A DNA stretch of 64,000 bases from an uncultured Anaerolineaceae bacterium (GCA_964395665.1 CAYNDH010000001.1:161-64160), one strand, 5' to 3'; numbered from the stretch's first letter, positions 1 through 11,254 are shown. Numbers and translations are program-made. The notes: a model not told the origin generated them from the sequence alone.

Positions 1-1212
<1,212 letters not shown>

Positions 1213-1390
1213 TTACATAAACAAAAGCAGGCTTAACTATAGCCTCTCGGTAGGACCTTCACAAGACACAGGCAGGCCAGAAACGAACCAGACGCATCAG
1301 CATAAATGCCATCGACAGCCATAACGATGCACATTAAAATGACCTGAACCCAACCATGGGAACACTCAGGACTGGAAAGGCAGGAACTCT

Positions 1391-2572
1391 ATGGCCCAGC
1401 ACCGCCGCACCGTCTATCTCGATCACTCCGCCACCACACCGACCGATCCGCGTGTGGTTGAAGCCATGCTGCCTTATTTCAGTGAAGTCTATGGGAATTC
1501 TTCATCGGTCCACAGCTTTGGGCGCAAGGCAGAGCAGGCTATCGAAGATGCCCGTGAGAGCATCGCCCGCATTCTGAACTGCCAGCCATCTGAGATTGCC
1601 TTCACCAGCGGCGGCTCCGAAGGCGCGAACATGGCCGTGCGTGGCGCAGCATGGGCAGGTAGAAAACTGCGCGGCACACGTCATCTGATCACGACGCCGG
1701 TTGAACACAGTGCCGTCAACCGCACCGTACAGCAGCTTGCGGATGATATGGAGTTCGAAGCGACTATTCTGCCTGTGGACCGCACCGCAAGTATTGATGT
1801 TGAAGACTTCGCCGCTGCCTGTCGCGATAACACCAGCATCGCCAGTATCGTCTATGCCAATAACGAAGTCGGCACCATCGCGCCGATTCCACAGCTTACG
1901 GCCCTGGCACACGAACAGGGTATCCTCTTCCATACCGATGCAGTACAGGCCGCCGGACAGCTTACGATCGATGTGCAGACGCTGGGCGTGGATCTGATGA
2001 GCATTTCCGCCCACAAGTTTTATGGACCGAAGGGGATCGGGGCGCTGTACATCCGTCAGGGCGTTGAGATGCTCTCCGCACAGACCGGCGGAAGCCACGA
2101 AAGCGGACGCCGCGCCGGGACACATAACACACCCGGGATTGTCGGGATGGCAAAGGCACTGGAACTCGCGTACAGTGAGCATGAAAATCGTATCAGCCAG
2201 TACCAGCAGATGCGGGATGCCCTGATCGAAGGGATTTTGTCACAGGTGCCGGATGCAGAACTCACCGGCCATCGAGAGCAGCGGCTGCCCTCTCATGCCA
2301 GCTTTGTCTTCGAAGGGATCGACAGCACCAGACTGCTGATACATCTCGATATGAAAGGCATCGCTGCCAGCGGTGGCTCTGCATGTAAGACTGGAAATCC
2401 GGAACCGTCTGGAGTCTTGCTCGCAATGGGCTATACACCAGATCTCGCCATTGGCAGTCTGCGTCTGACGGTTGGGACACAGACCACATCTGAAGATGTC
2501 GAATACGCCGTGGAGACAGTCGCAGCAACAGTCGAAAAACTTCGCAGGCTTAACCGCGCATTTTCCATCTGA
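1391..2572 (+). CDS. Cysteine desulfurase (class V aminotransferase, NifS/IscS/YrvO-like)
   Basis: 393 aa. N-terminus VYLDHSATTP, PLP-lysine motif SISAHKFYGPKG, and Cys loop GGSACKTG. It lies directly upstream of mnmA, like the B. subtilis yrvO-mnmA pair. Confidence 0.9.
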   Translation: MAQHRRTVYLDHSATTPTDPRVVEAMLPYFSEVYGNSSSVHSFGRKAEQAIEDARESIARILNCQPSEIAFTSGGSEGANMAVRGAAWAGRKLRGTRHLITTPVEHSAVNRTVQQLADDMEFEATILPVDRTASIDVEDFAAACRDNTSIASIVYANNEVGTIAPIPQLTALAHEQGILFHTDAVQAAGQLTIDVQTLGVDLMSISAHKFYGPKGIGALYIRQGVEMLSAQTGGSHESGRRAGTHNTPGIVGMAKALELAYSEHENRISQYQQMRDALIEGILSQVPDAELTGHREQRLPSHASFVFEGIDSTRLLIHLDMKGIAASGGSACKTGNPEPSGVLLAMGYTPDLAIGSLRLTVGTQTTSEDVEYAVETVAATVEKLRRLNRAFSI

Positions 2573-2659
2573 CCGGCTCGGCTCAACCACCGCTTTTCCT
2601 CGTCAGTTCGCTGCACGAGACAGCTTGTAAAGAAACAGTTTAAAAGGCTTTAGCAAACC

Positions 2660-3814
2660 ATGTCACCCACACACAAGGGACGTGTCGTCGTCGCGATGAG
2701 CGGCGGCGTTGACAGCTCTGTAGCCGCAGCACTGCTGGTCGAACAGGGCTATGAGGTAATCGGGATGATGATGCGCTTATGGTCAGAAGAAACGGTCACA
2801 GATGGCGCGACCTGCTCTACTCATAATCGCTGCTGCACACCCGATCAGATGAATGATGCCCGCCGGATTGCGGATAAACTCGGCATTCCGTTTTATGTGC
2901 TGGATACGAAGGACGTCTTCCGCAGTACGATTGTCGAATACTTCATCGACCAGCATCGTCAGGCGCTGACGCCTAATCCCTGTATTGAATGTAACCGTCA
3001 CATCCGCTTTAACTGGCTGTTTCAGAATGCGATGGCGATGGATGCCGATTATCTTGCCACCGGCCATTATGCTCGCATCATGCAGGAACCTGATGGCGCC
3101 TACACGCTGCGTAAGGGGCTGGATGAAACCAAGGATCAGAGCTATGTGCTGAGCGTGCTTCAGCAGGAGCATCTCGCACATACCCTGTTTCCGATTGGCG
3201 GCTATCCGAAAAGTGAAGTCCGCGAGATTGCGGCGCGCTTTGGCCTGCCAACGGCCAGCAAGAAGGACAGTCAGGATCTGTGTTTTCTCGGTGATGGCGA
3301 TTACCGCCGCTTTCTAGGGGAATATGCGCCGGATACCGTCCGACCGGGGCCGATTGTCCTCAGAAATGGTCAGGTAATCGGAGAGCATCATGGGCTGGCA
3401 AATTACACTATCGGACAGCGCAAGGGGCTGAATATCAGCTATTCCGAGCCGCTGTATGTGATTGCAACGAACCCCTACCGCAATGCGCTGATCGTCGGCA
3501 CACAGGATGAACTTGGCAAAACAGAACTGACCGCACATCGCATGAGCTGGATCAGTGCCGATCATCCAACAGAGCCATTCCGCGCAGAGGTCAAGATCCG
3601 CTATAAGGCACACCCGGTCACGGCAGAGATCACACCACTGGCAGATGCCCGTGTCTATATCCGATTTGATACTCCCCTGCGTGACATTACACCCGGTCAG
3701 GGGGCGGTGATCTACGATGGTGATGTCTGTCTTGGCTGCGGGATCATCGAACGCGTACCGGAAACTTCTGCACAACCGGAAGTCATCGAGACCAATGTGC
3801 AGATCAGTCTGTAA
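2660..3814 (+). CDS. mnmA: tRNA-specific 2-thiouridylase MnmA
   Basis: 384 aa. PP-loop VVVAMSGGVDSSVAA, then NPCIECN and KDQSYVL motifs. Length is typical for the family. Confidence 0.95.
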   Translation: MSPTHKGRVVVAMSGGVDSSVAAALLVEQGYEVIGMMMRLWSEETVTDGATCSTHNRCCTPDQMNDARRIADKLGIPFYVLDTKDVFRSTIVEYFIDQHRQALTPNPCIECNRHIRFNWLFQNAMAMDADYLATGHYARIMQEPDGAYTLRKGLDETKDQSYVLSVLQQEHLAHTLFPIGGYPKSEVREIAARFGLPTASKKDSQDLCFLGDGDYRRFLGEYAPDTVRPGPIVLRNGQVIGEHHGLANYTIGQRKGLNISYSEPLYVIATNPYRNALIVGTQDELGKTELTAHRMSWISADHPTEPFRAEVKIRYKAHPVTAEITPLADARVYIRFDTPLRDITPGQGAVIYDGDVCLGCGIIERVPETSAQPEVIETNVQISL

Positions 3815-3815
3815 A

Positions 3816-3851
3816 TAAAAACGAGCTGGAAAGTCCCCAGCTCGTTTTTTG
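3816..3851. terminator. Rho-independent terminator, probably bidirectional, between convergent mnmA and the peptidase gene
   Basis: 9-bp perfect stem acgagctgg (3821-3829) / ccagctcgt (3837-3845) with a 7-nt loop. A T-run follows at 3846-3850 and an A-run precedes at 3816-3820. Confidence 0.85.
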
Positions 3852-3871
3852 TACCTGTCACTATCAGCCTG

Positions 3872-4705
3872 TCACCCACCCCACAGCACACCGAAGAACG
3901 CCTGCCCGACCAGCGACGGGAAGAGCAGCATCAGCACCGTAGCGATAACGATATAGGGACCATACGGAATCGGGCTGAACGCGGTATAGCCCTTTGGCGA
4001 GAAACGCCGATAGAAGATATAGACCAGCGCACCAAATGCCCCTAAAAACACGGTGATAAAGATCGAGAAAATCAGCGCCTGCCAGCCGAGCATCAGACCA
4101 CTGACACCCGCCAGCATGACATCTCCATAACCGAAGGCCACTTCATCGATCGGCTGACCGCGCAGCTTCCCCAGAATATAGGTGAACAGCGCCCCGCCAT
4201 TGAACAGCAGGAAGAACACACCGTAACCGACTGCCCCACCGATCAAAGCGTCTACCGGTGAAGGCGCAGCCCTTTCAGGTGTAAGCAGTGCTTCAATCAC
4301 CACCAGCACCGCCAGCGGATTGATAACGACGAACAGAATCAGCCGGTGTTCAACATCGATCACCGTAATCAGCACCAGCGCCGCCATGAAAATGCACCAG
4401 AACACCGTTTGCAGCGTGCTGACATCGGTACGGGACTGCGAGACATACACCGTCAGCACCATCAGCCCAGCGGTGAGCAGTTCGGTCAGCGGATAACGCC
4501 ACGAAAGCCGCGCACCGCTGGCCGACGTGCGCTGGCCGAGCAGAAAAGCCATCAGTCCGGACCATGCACTGACAGGTCGCGGCGTATCATCGGGATAATG
4601 CGGCAGGCGCACCGGACGGCGCTGGGGCAGGTCATCTGCCAGCGCGTTGACCACAGCGCCAGCGATAATACCGGCGAACGCGGCGAGTAAATACCAGACA
4701 GCCAT
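3872..4705 (-). CDS. Prepilin (type IV leader) peptidase family A24, membrane protein
   Basis: 277 aa, multi-TM, with the aspartyl-peptidase motif FGYGDVMLAG. The N-terminal Cys4 zinc motif of classical PilD is not present. No pilin genes are in the window. Confidence 0.7.
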   Translation of the reverse strand: MAVWYLLAAFAGIIAGAVVNALADDLPQRRPVRLPHYPDDTPRPVSAWSGLMAFLLGQRTSASGARLSWRYPLTELLTAGLMVLTVYVSQSRTDVSTLQTVFWCIFMAALVLITVIDVEHRLILFVVINPLAVLVVIEALLTPERAAPSPVDALIGGAVGYGVFFLLFNGGALFTYILGKLRGQPIDEVAFGYGDVMLAGVSGLMLGWQALIFSIFITVFLGAFGALVYIFYRRFSPKGYTAFSPIPYGPYIVIATVLMLLFPSLVGQAFFGVLWGG

Positions 4706-4717
4706 GAATGCGAACTC

Positions 4718-5311
4718 CTAATTTGGCAGTGGTGGTGCAGAGGGCAGTAAGATCAGCGATACAGCGAATAAAAAAATGACGGCCAGTATCGCACTTAGAA
4801 TCAAGGCGAACCTTTGCGACGGAGACAGCGTTGGCACGGTGGTATCAACCGGTGGCAGATCGTCTCCGATATGCAGGGGAACCGCCCGAACTTCAGATGC
4901 CGTAATCGACCATGCGGCAAAACGCGCCATACCGCCGATCAGTGTGGCGATCAGATAAACGGCATCAGGATAATGGGCTTCAGCGACATCTGTTTCCGAA
5001 GGAATCGGCGGATATTTTACATGTGAGTGATAAATCGCAAGCAGTTCGAACCCGGATGCCGCAGCACTGGAATATGCGTTCGCAAGCTGCGCCGGGTGCA
5101 TCTCATAACGCCTCGCACGGTCAGATGAAATGTTCTCGATCGGCACAATCCGATGAATCGGCGGCTGGTTGCCCATCGCGTCACCAGACGGATGGTCAGA
5201 TGGACGGCCAAATAACAGCCCACAGACTTCTTCGTCGGGATTTTCCGCCACATGCGCCGCGACCTGCTCGGCCTGCGCAGTGGTCAGCCATAAGGTGTCA
5301 GGGACTACCAA
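4718..5311 (-). CDS. JAB/MPN (JAMM) metallopeptidase domain protein with C-terminal TM anchor
   Basis: 197 aa. It has EEVCGLLFG and an intact JAMM motif HSHVKYPPIPSETD (HxHx7SxxD). The C-terminal tail is hydrophobic: FALILSAILAVIFLFAVSLILL. Confidence 0.8.
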   Translation of the reverse strand: MVVPDTLWLTTAQAEQVAAHVAENPDEEVCGLLFGRPSDHPSGDAMGNQPPIHRIVPIENISSDRARRYEMHPAQLANAYSSAAASGFELLAIYHSHVKYPPIPSETDVAEAHYPDAVYLIATLIGGMARFAAWSITASEVRAVPLHIGDDLPPVDTTVPTLSPSQRFALILSAILAVIFLFAVSLILLPSAPPLPN

Positions 5312-5317
5312 TGCGAC

Positions 5318-5695
5318 TTACTCAGCGCCTTCAATTTCAGCGGTATCAGGTGGAATCAGCAGATGCACCTCTTTGCGGTCCTGTGGTGGATTACGGGTTT
5401 CGTAGAACATATCCGCGCTCAGGACGTATTCTCCGGCAGGATCTGCCACACCACGAATGTGCATCGTGAATTCCATCTCGGAATGCATCGTCTCGATGAT
5501 ATTCAGTTCCGTAATGACCCTGCCATCCATTGTACGCAGGACCAGCAGCAGGTTCGGACGATCCCGAAACGGCGTGACATTCACCTCAATGAAGATGCGA
5601 AACCGGTCAGGGTACGGCATAGCCCGCAGATGCTCGATGCGGATTTTATCTTTCGGCTGCGGCACTTTGTCCGCGTCAAAAATGGGGATATCCAT
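5318..5695 (-). CDS. Hypothetical protein (125 aa), no family recognised
   Basis: I trimmed the start to ATG at 5693-5695 (MDIPIFDADK). The longer track ORF would overlap the upstream gene and its extension is Arg/Cys/Leu-rich junk. The gap to each neighbouring gene is 6-10 bp. Confidence 0.6.
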   Translation of the reverse strand: MDIPIFDADKVPQPKDKIRIEHLRAMPYPDRFRIFIEVNVTPFRDRPNLLLVLRTMDGRVITELNIIETMHSEMEFTMHIRGVADPAGEYVLSADMFYETRNPPQDRKEVHLLIPPDTAEIEGAE

Positions 5696-5705
5696 ACGTG
5701 ATCCG

Positions 5706-6179
5706 TTACTCAATGGTCTTTTCAGTGACTTTAATACCCGCCTGACGCAGAGCCTGCACCGCCTGATCGAACTGGCTCTGCGGAACCAGAACATGATCGC
5801 GGCTGTATGCCGCAAACGGCAGAATGGTAACCGAAGCCTCAGCCAGTATAGCACTGATCCGCGCCATAAAACCGATAAGATCAGGCGGCAGGACGGCATC
5901 GCAGGTCAGCAGCCGGTAATATTCGGTCATGGCCTCATGCCCACGCAGGCGGCGTTCGAATTCTTCCAGCGCATCGGTCGGGATAACCAGCGTCACTTCA
6001 TCCGCATCAGCGATAAGTGCCAGAAAGGGTTCGCCGATCTCGGCAATCACACCAGCCGCCGCCGTAATCCCACGCGCAGGCAAACGGGTCACAGCATAGG
6101 GTTGGTTATCTGCAACAAAAGTGCAGGTCCTGAGGATCTCCCGGACACGTGCCTCGTAATCCTGCTGATCAGGCTGCAT
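5706..6179 (-). CDS. ACT-domain-like small regulatory protein (ACT_7-type pattern)
   Basis: 157 aa. The C-terminal segment GFMARISAILAEASVTILPFAAYSRDHVLVPQSQFDQAVQALRQAGI resembles ACT_7/CASTOR-type ACT domains. This was recognised by eye only. Confidence 0.55.
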   Translation of the reverse strand: MQPDQQDYEARVREILRTCTFVADNQPYAVTRLPARGITAAAGVIAEIGEPFLALIADADEVTLVIPTDALEEFERRLRGHEAMTEYYRLLTCDAVLPPDLIGFMARISAILAEASVTILPFAAYSRDHVLVPQSQFDQAVQALRQAGIKVTEKTIE

Positions 6180-6218
6180 AAATTTCCCTTTGGATGTATG
6201 TATCCACCTGCGATCTGA

Positions 6219-7112
6219 TTATTCGCCAAACTGGTAGGTGGATTCGGCATAGTAACGGACGCGGCGGTTCGCCAGTTTCTTCTGCACCCAGTTTCGAAGC
6301 ATTTCGTTTTTCGCGTCGGTTGAGGTTGCACCGTCGCGCAGGATCGCCAGCGGGAAATTCACCTGAATCGCCCTGCCCTGCACGATATGCCGCGTCACAC
6401 CCGGCGGCAGATATGCCTGATGCTGTGCTGCTGTCAGGATGTCATCCGGGACCATCGGCGGGAAGATCATCAGCCCCGACGCACTCGGATACTGCGGCAG
6501 CACATCTTCAAACCGGCGCACGGTGGTCCGATTCAGCACGGCATTCCGCCCATAGATTGCAACGATTTCAGAAAGATTGCGGTTGCGCCTGTGAATATCA
6601 TCACCGCGACTGACAACCGCATATCTTTTACCGTCAGTCAGCAGATAGGCCGATGCCCCTTCGACGTTCTCGCGCTGATCTTCCTGCACAGCAAGGTCTG
6701 GCAGACGCTGAAGCTCCGCCAGAAGGTCAGCAACTGCCAGATCACTGATGACATGGCCCCAGACATCGAGCGTCATCTGTGGGCTGTTGTAATCGACCAC
6801 CTGCACCAGAAGATGCGGGTAGGCCAGCTCGTTAAACGCAAATGACCGGTTGGCACCGTCAAGCACAACGAACTGGTCGGCACTGCTGCTTGGGATAATC
6901 TGCCCTTCGCCTGTGCGTTTCATCGGTGCGACAATCGGCGGGTTAACCAGAGTTTCACTGGCCCGCAGATTTTCGACCAGCGGCCATGAGCGCTGCGGAT
7001 CGTGATGCTCATGCAGCAGAAGCTGCCCGGTCGCAATAACACGCAAATCCGGAAAAGGCGCACTGACCATTGGACTTTGCATTTCAGTCATCGGCTCCGG
7101 CCTGAACAGCAA
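6219..7112 (-). CDS. ParB/sulfiredoxin-fold N-terminal domain protein, function unknown
   Basis: 297 aa. LLLHEHHDPQR followed about 55 residues later by VLDGANR resembles the ParB/Srx (SerK-like) DGxxR pattern. There is no HTH and no parA context. Confidence 0.45.
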   Translation of the reverse strand: MLFRPEPMTEMQSPMVSAPFPDLRVIATGQLLLHEHHDPQRSWPLVENLRASETLVNPPIVAPMKRTGEGQIIPSSSADQFVVLDGANRSFAFNELAYPHLLVQVVDYNSPQMTLDVWGHVISDLAVADLLAELQRLPDLAVQEDQRENVEGASAYLLTDGKRYAVVSRGDDIHRRNRNLSEIVAIYGRNAVLNRTTVRRFEDVLPQYPSASGLMIFPPMVPDDILTAAQHQAYLPPGVTRHIVQGRAIQVNFPLAILRDGATSTDAKNEMLRNWVQKKLANRRVRYYAESTYQFGE

Positions 7113-7141
7113 TGTTAAGCACAGAGTAAAAAGAGATCGGT

Positions 7142-7897
7142 TTAATCTGCCTCTGCTGTGACATTCGATGCTTCTTCAAATGCGCGGATCTGCGCGGGTG
7201 AAAGCTTCTGTGTCTTTGGCTGGCTTCTGATGTAATCCTTCAGGCTGGGCGGGAGCTTCGTCTGGGCATAGACAACCGGCACCGTCGGGTTAATGACGGT
7301 CAGTTTTGCGCGTGGATCGACAAACACCACGACCGGCTGCACCTTCACGCCAGCTTCCGGCGCGACCTTATCGAATATTTCCTGCACGGCATCAGCAGCA
7401 TCTTCCGCATCACGTGACGGATTACCGAGACGGTCCATGCGGAAGATCCCGAAAATGGTATCCAGTACTCCGCGATGAGCCGTCCACTTGCTGCCTTCTA
7501 CCGTATAAGTGCCGCGCTGGAACCGTGTCACGATGGCATAAACCCCATGCGGACTGATCAGCACATGGCGGGCTGGAAAGTGATAATAATTGTAAAGGAT
7601 CGATCCGCTGCCCATCCCCTTCAGGTTTTCAGGGATGGCGACATCCGGACGCGGCAGGCGTATCCAGAGATTGGTCAGCCTGACAGAAAACAGCGTGCTA
7701 AGGAATGCCAATGGCAGTACCAGCAGTGGAAGAATAATTTCCACTGCCAGCAGCGCATCGGTACTCATTGACTGAAACAGCAGTCGTGAGTTGGTCACGA
7801 TAAAGCCCAGCGACAGCAGGGCAAGGCTGACGAAAAACATGATCTGCGACAGCCTGCGATTGCGCCGGATCAGTTGCTCATTGGTTTCAATACGCAT
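7142..7897 (-). CDS. Membrane protein with NERD-like (nuclease-related) C-terminal domain
   Basis: 251 aa. Two N-terminal TM helices, then ARHVLISPHGVYAIVTRF, which resembles the NERD core (DhvlixpxGvfviEtK). The acidic and lysine residues are not clearly conserved. Confidence 0.45.
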   Translation of the reverse strand: MRIETNEQLIRRNRRLSQIMFFVSLALLSLGFIVTNSRLLFQSMSTDALLAVEIILPLLVLPLAFLSTLFSVRLTNLWIRLPRPDVAIPENLKGMGSGSILYNYYHFPARHVLISPHGVYAIVTRFQRGTYTVEGSKWTAHRGVLDTIFGIFRMDRLGNPSRDAEDAADAVQEIFDKVAPEAGVKVQPVVVFVDPRAKLTVINPTVPVVYAQTKLPPSLKDYIRSQPKTQKLSPAQIRAFEEASNVTAEAD

Positions 7898-7945
7898 TCA
7901 TATACTCGAATCGATCTGACAGGGTTAAAAGCATCCCGAACCCGC

Positions 7946-9028
7946 TCATCGTGGGATAAAGTACGAGATGAAGCCGGTATAGTCTATTTCAGCACAGACA
8001 TACTCACCATAGCGCACCGTGGTCTTGAGTTCCCACTCACGCGGCGCACCATACGCGACACCGATCAGCGCTCGGTCCAGTTCATCGGCTTTCGGCTTGA
8101 TGCAGTGCGTCACCGGATACGGCAGCGGGTCCAGGCCGCTGTTCACGCCGAAGACATACACATCGTAAAGCGGCCCCTGACGGTTATAGCCTCTGGGGAT
8201 TTCAGGGCGCAGATAGGTGACAACCGGCTTGCAGTGAATCGTGATGCCGTCCTGATAGGTGACGCTGATGTCATCACGGTCATAGAGCAGCGTTCCGCAG
8301 TTGCTGTACTGGGCCATCGGCGGGGCGAAAGAAGTTATCGCGTCACCCTGAAGCTGCTGCACGATCGGCGTTGTCAGGGCTGACGGTGTGCCAGAGACAG
8401 GTGTGCCAGCGGTGGTGGCTGTGGTGATCACCTCAACGTTGATACGTGCCTTGCCGCCCATGTTGATGTTCACCGGCGCTGATCCATCTGCCGGGCCAAA
8501 AACCCCAGCCGAACCCAGATTAGCCAGATCGAAAGTAGCGCCCGGCGTCCATCCCCAGTACGTCAGCACTGAAGAGCCAGAGCTATCGCCATGGAATTCA
8601 AAATCGACCGGCAGATAGAAGCCAACCCACAGGAAGCGATCCGTCACTGTAACCGGAGAATCCAGCGTCACCGTGACCACGCCGGTGGACTGAATATCCA
8701 CTGTTTTACGCGCCAGCAGCTTTGCATCCGCTGGTGATCCGCCGTTCGCATCCTGATAAATAACCGCTTCTACAGTTCTGCCCGGTGTCGCTTTCAGCAC
8801 CGAGATACTGAGACGGTCAACCTGAGTAGGACGCGGTACGCCGTAGGCATCGAGATCAAAGCCATTCAGCACCAGCGACGCCTCACCAGTGATAAACCAG
8901 CGCACATTTCCAGTCCCTGAATTCAGTGAAAGCGTCACATTGCCTGCGCTCACCAGACTGAAACTCAAAGCAGTCATCAGCACGACGATGAACATGCCAA
9001 GAATCAGAGAGGTTTGTAATCTCTTCAT
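7946..9028 (-). CDS. Secreted hypothetical protein
   Basis: 360 aa. Signal-peptide-like N-terminus MKRLQTSLILGMFIVVLMTALSFSLVSAG and a Thr/Pro-rich linker. No family recognised. Confidence 0.6.
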   Translation of the reverse strand: MKRLQTSLILGMFIVVLMTALSFSLVSAGNVTLSLNSGTGNVRWFITGEASLVLNGFDLDAYGVPRPTQVDRLSISVLKATPGRTVEAVIYQDANGGSPADAKLLARKTVDIQSTGVVTVTLDSPVTVTDRFLWVGFYLPVDFEFHGDSSGSSVLTYWGWTPGATFDLANLGSAGVFGPADGSAPVNINMGGKARINVEVITTATTAGTPVSGTPSALTTPIVQQLQGDAITSFAPPMAQYSNCGTLLYDRDDISVTYQDGITIHCKPVVTYLRPEIPRGYNRQGPLYDVYVFGVNSGLDPLPYPVTHCIKPKADELDRALIGVAYGAPREWELKTTVRYGEYVCAEIDYTGFISYFIPR

Positions 9029-9151
9029 CGAAAATCCCTCTTTACGGTTTCCGGTAAATATATGTCATCCTCAATAAAAACCTGCCGACATTGTACGTGG
9101 TCTGAGCAGGCCAGACAAGCAGTTCATCCTGATCGGCGCCGATGAGACGGT

Positions 9152-11173
9152 TTATCCGACCGTCTCGACCATGCGCCACACCCGCAGCAGTTCCGCCACG
9201 CCCCATGCCTGAGCGAAGCAGCCACGCGGGATAAAGGGTGCATCACCATCAAACACCTCACTGACCGAACCAACGGCAGCATCACGCAGATGAGCGACCA
9301 ACGGTTCGAGAAATGATTTCGCCTGTGGCGTATCGCCATAAACCCGCAGATGTGCCGCAGCAAACGGCCCGATCAGCCAGCTCCAGACCGTCCCCTGATG
9401 ATAGGCGCTGTCTCGCTGGACCAGATCCCCGGTATAAATGCCGATATACGCCGGATCATCTTCCATCAGGCTGCGTAAACCATGAGGAGTCAGCAAATGA
9501 CGGGCACACAGATCGACCACAGCACGCTGGTGGTCAGCATTCAGCGGCGAATGATGCAGTGAGACCGCAAACAGCTGATTCGGTCGCAGGCTGGCATCAT
9601 CCCCCGCATCAGGCGTATCAAGGACATCATACAGCCCGCTCACAGCCTCATTCCAGAAACGCTGATAACTTGAACGGACCTGCCTGCTCAGCGCGAGATA
9701 TGGCTCATCATTGTGCCCAAGTCGCGCCGCCAGATCAGCCATCACACAGAGCGTGTTATACCACAGGGCATTGATTTCGACCGCCTTACCCGTGCGCGGT
9801 GTGACCACCCAATCATCAATTTTGACATCCATCCATGTCAACTGCACGCCGGCTTCCCCGGAATACAGCAGGCCGTCGTCAGGATCAACGCGGATACCAT
9901 AACGGGTGCCGCGCTGATGCCAGTCAATGATCTCAGCCAGTATCGGGAATAATTCCCCCGCCAGGGTGAGATCGTCGGTCCTTTCGACATAGGCCCGTAT
10001 CGCTTCGAAATACCACAGCGTGGCATCTGCCGTGTTGTATTCCGGCATTTCCCCCTCATCGGGGAAGCGGTTCGGCAGCATCCCCTGATCGACATACCGG
10101 GCGAATGTCCGCAGGATGCTGGCCGCGATCTCAGGCCGGTCCGCCGCGAGTGTCAGCCCCGGCAGTGCGATCATGGTATCACGTCCCCAGTCACTGAACC
10201 ACGGATACCCGGCGATCACCGTATGCCCTTCCCCACGCCGCACGATGAACTGATCAGCGGCCAGTTTCAACTGCTCGGTGACCGTCAGTGTGGGCATAGG
10301 GGCATCACCGGCATAAGGATCATATGTCCGGCCCATCAGTTGCGCTTCATACTGCATCCGCCGCGCCAGCGCCGCAGCACCATCAAGGTCGGCATCCGCA
10401 TCAGTAGAGACAAGCACCGTCAGGCTTTCCCCCGGCTGAAGTTCCACTTCAAGTATCCCGATGCCGAAATAGTCCTCAATGGCCCCCTGCCCGCGCTCAT
10501 GCTCGACGGCCTTGAAGAAGCCGTGATACCACTTGACCTGCACGCTGACCTGCACGCTGACATGCACACGCGGAAATGCTGTCAGGACGTAATACGGCCC
10601 TTCATCGTGCCCCGGTCGGATTCGCAGGCCATGGGTCATCGTATCAACCTGCGGCAGGCTGTCTGCTGCACCACCATGATGATCACGATAGCTGCCGACC
10701 ATATTCAGCGAAAGTTGCAGCGGCCCCGCCGCACGCACCAGCCGGTACTGCACATAGGTCGTATTCGCACCCTGCTCCATCCAGATGCGCTTTTCCAGCA
10801 GCGCCCCGCCGATACTGTAACGCCAGACCGGGATCATCCCCTCAAGCCAGAACGCATCCAGCAGTTCGAATCCACGCGGCGTAACCGCCCCCTCTTCCCA
10901 CTGATTCGCATGGAGACGATAAAGCCGTTCCTGATAAACCGCTGTTTCGTCCAGCTTCGCCAGTGTCAGCATCCGTCCCAATGGTGGCTTGAGCGCCGCG
11001 ATCAGCAGGCCGTGATAGGAACGCGAGAGGACACCGGCGATCGTCCCGCTGGCATAGCCGCCGATCCCGTTGGTAACCAGCCATTCGCGGCTGGCCGCGC
11101 TTTCAAACAGATTACAGTCCGCACGTCCAAATCTCAGCATGGCCTCTGATCCCGGCATTTCACGTTCGCTCAT
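9152..11173 (-). CDS. Glycogen debranching enzyme (amylo-alpha-1,6-glucosidase, GDE_N+GDE_C type)
   Basis: 673 aa. N-terminus REWLVTNGIGGYASGT and central GYPWFSDWGRDTMIAL are typical of bacterial/archaeal GDE-type debranching enzymes. Confidence 0.85.
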   Translation of the reverse strand: MSEREMPGSEAMLRFGRADCNLFESAASREWLVTNGIGGYASGTIAGVLSRSYHGLLIAALKPPLGRMLTLAKLDETAVYQERLYRLHANQWEEGAVTPRGFELLDAFWLEGMIPVWRYSIGGALLEKRIWMEQGANTTYVQYRLVRAAGPLQLSLNMVGSYRDHHGGAADSLPQVDTMTHGLRIRPGHDEGPYYVLTAFPRVHVSVQVSVQVKWYHGFFKAVEHERGQGAIEDYFGIGILEVELQPGESLTVLVSTDADADLDGAAALARRMQYEAQLMGRTYDPYAGDAPMPTLTVTEQLKLAADQFIVRRGEGHTVIAGYPWFSDWGRDTMIALPGLTLAADRPEIAASILRTFARYVDQGMLPNRFPDEGEMPEYNTADATLWYFEAIRAYVERTDDLTLAGELFPILAEIIDWHQRGTRYGIRVDPDDGLLYSGEAGVQLTWMDVKIDDWVVTPRTGKAVEINALWYNTLCVMADLAARLGHNDEPYLALSRQVRSSYQRFWNEAVSGLYDVLDTPDAGDDASLRPNQLFAVSLHHSPLNADHQRAVVDLCARHLLTPHGLRSLMEDDPAYIGIYTGDLVQRDSAYHQGTVWSWLIGPFAAAHLRVYGDTPQAKSFLEPLVAHLRDAAVGSVSEVFDGDAPFIPRGCFAQAWGVAELLRVWRMVETVG

Positions 11174-11254
11174 CCTTTGCCGCCTGTTTATGTCTCAAGT
11201 CCCTGAGCGGATGGTTAATCGCAATCAACGATCGCTATCAGCAACTTACGGACT

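Noticed and set aside
9132-9166. 12-bp perfect palindrome atcggcgccgat plus an 8-bp-stem hairpin whose loop holds the stop codon of the debranching-enzyme gene
   Set aside because: No U-tract follows on the coding strand, so I cannot call it an intrinsic terminator. It may be an RNA stability or attenuation element, but the evidence is too weak to list as a feature.
10223-11149. 308-aa plus-strand ORF
   Set aside because: It is an antisense shadow of the glycogen debranching enzyme.
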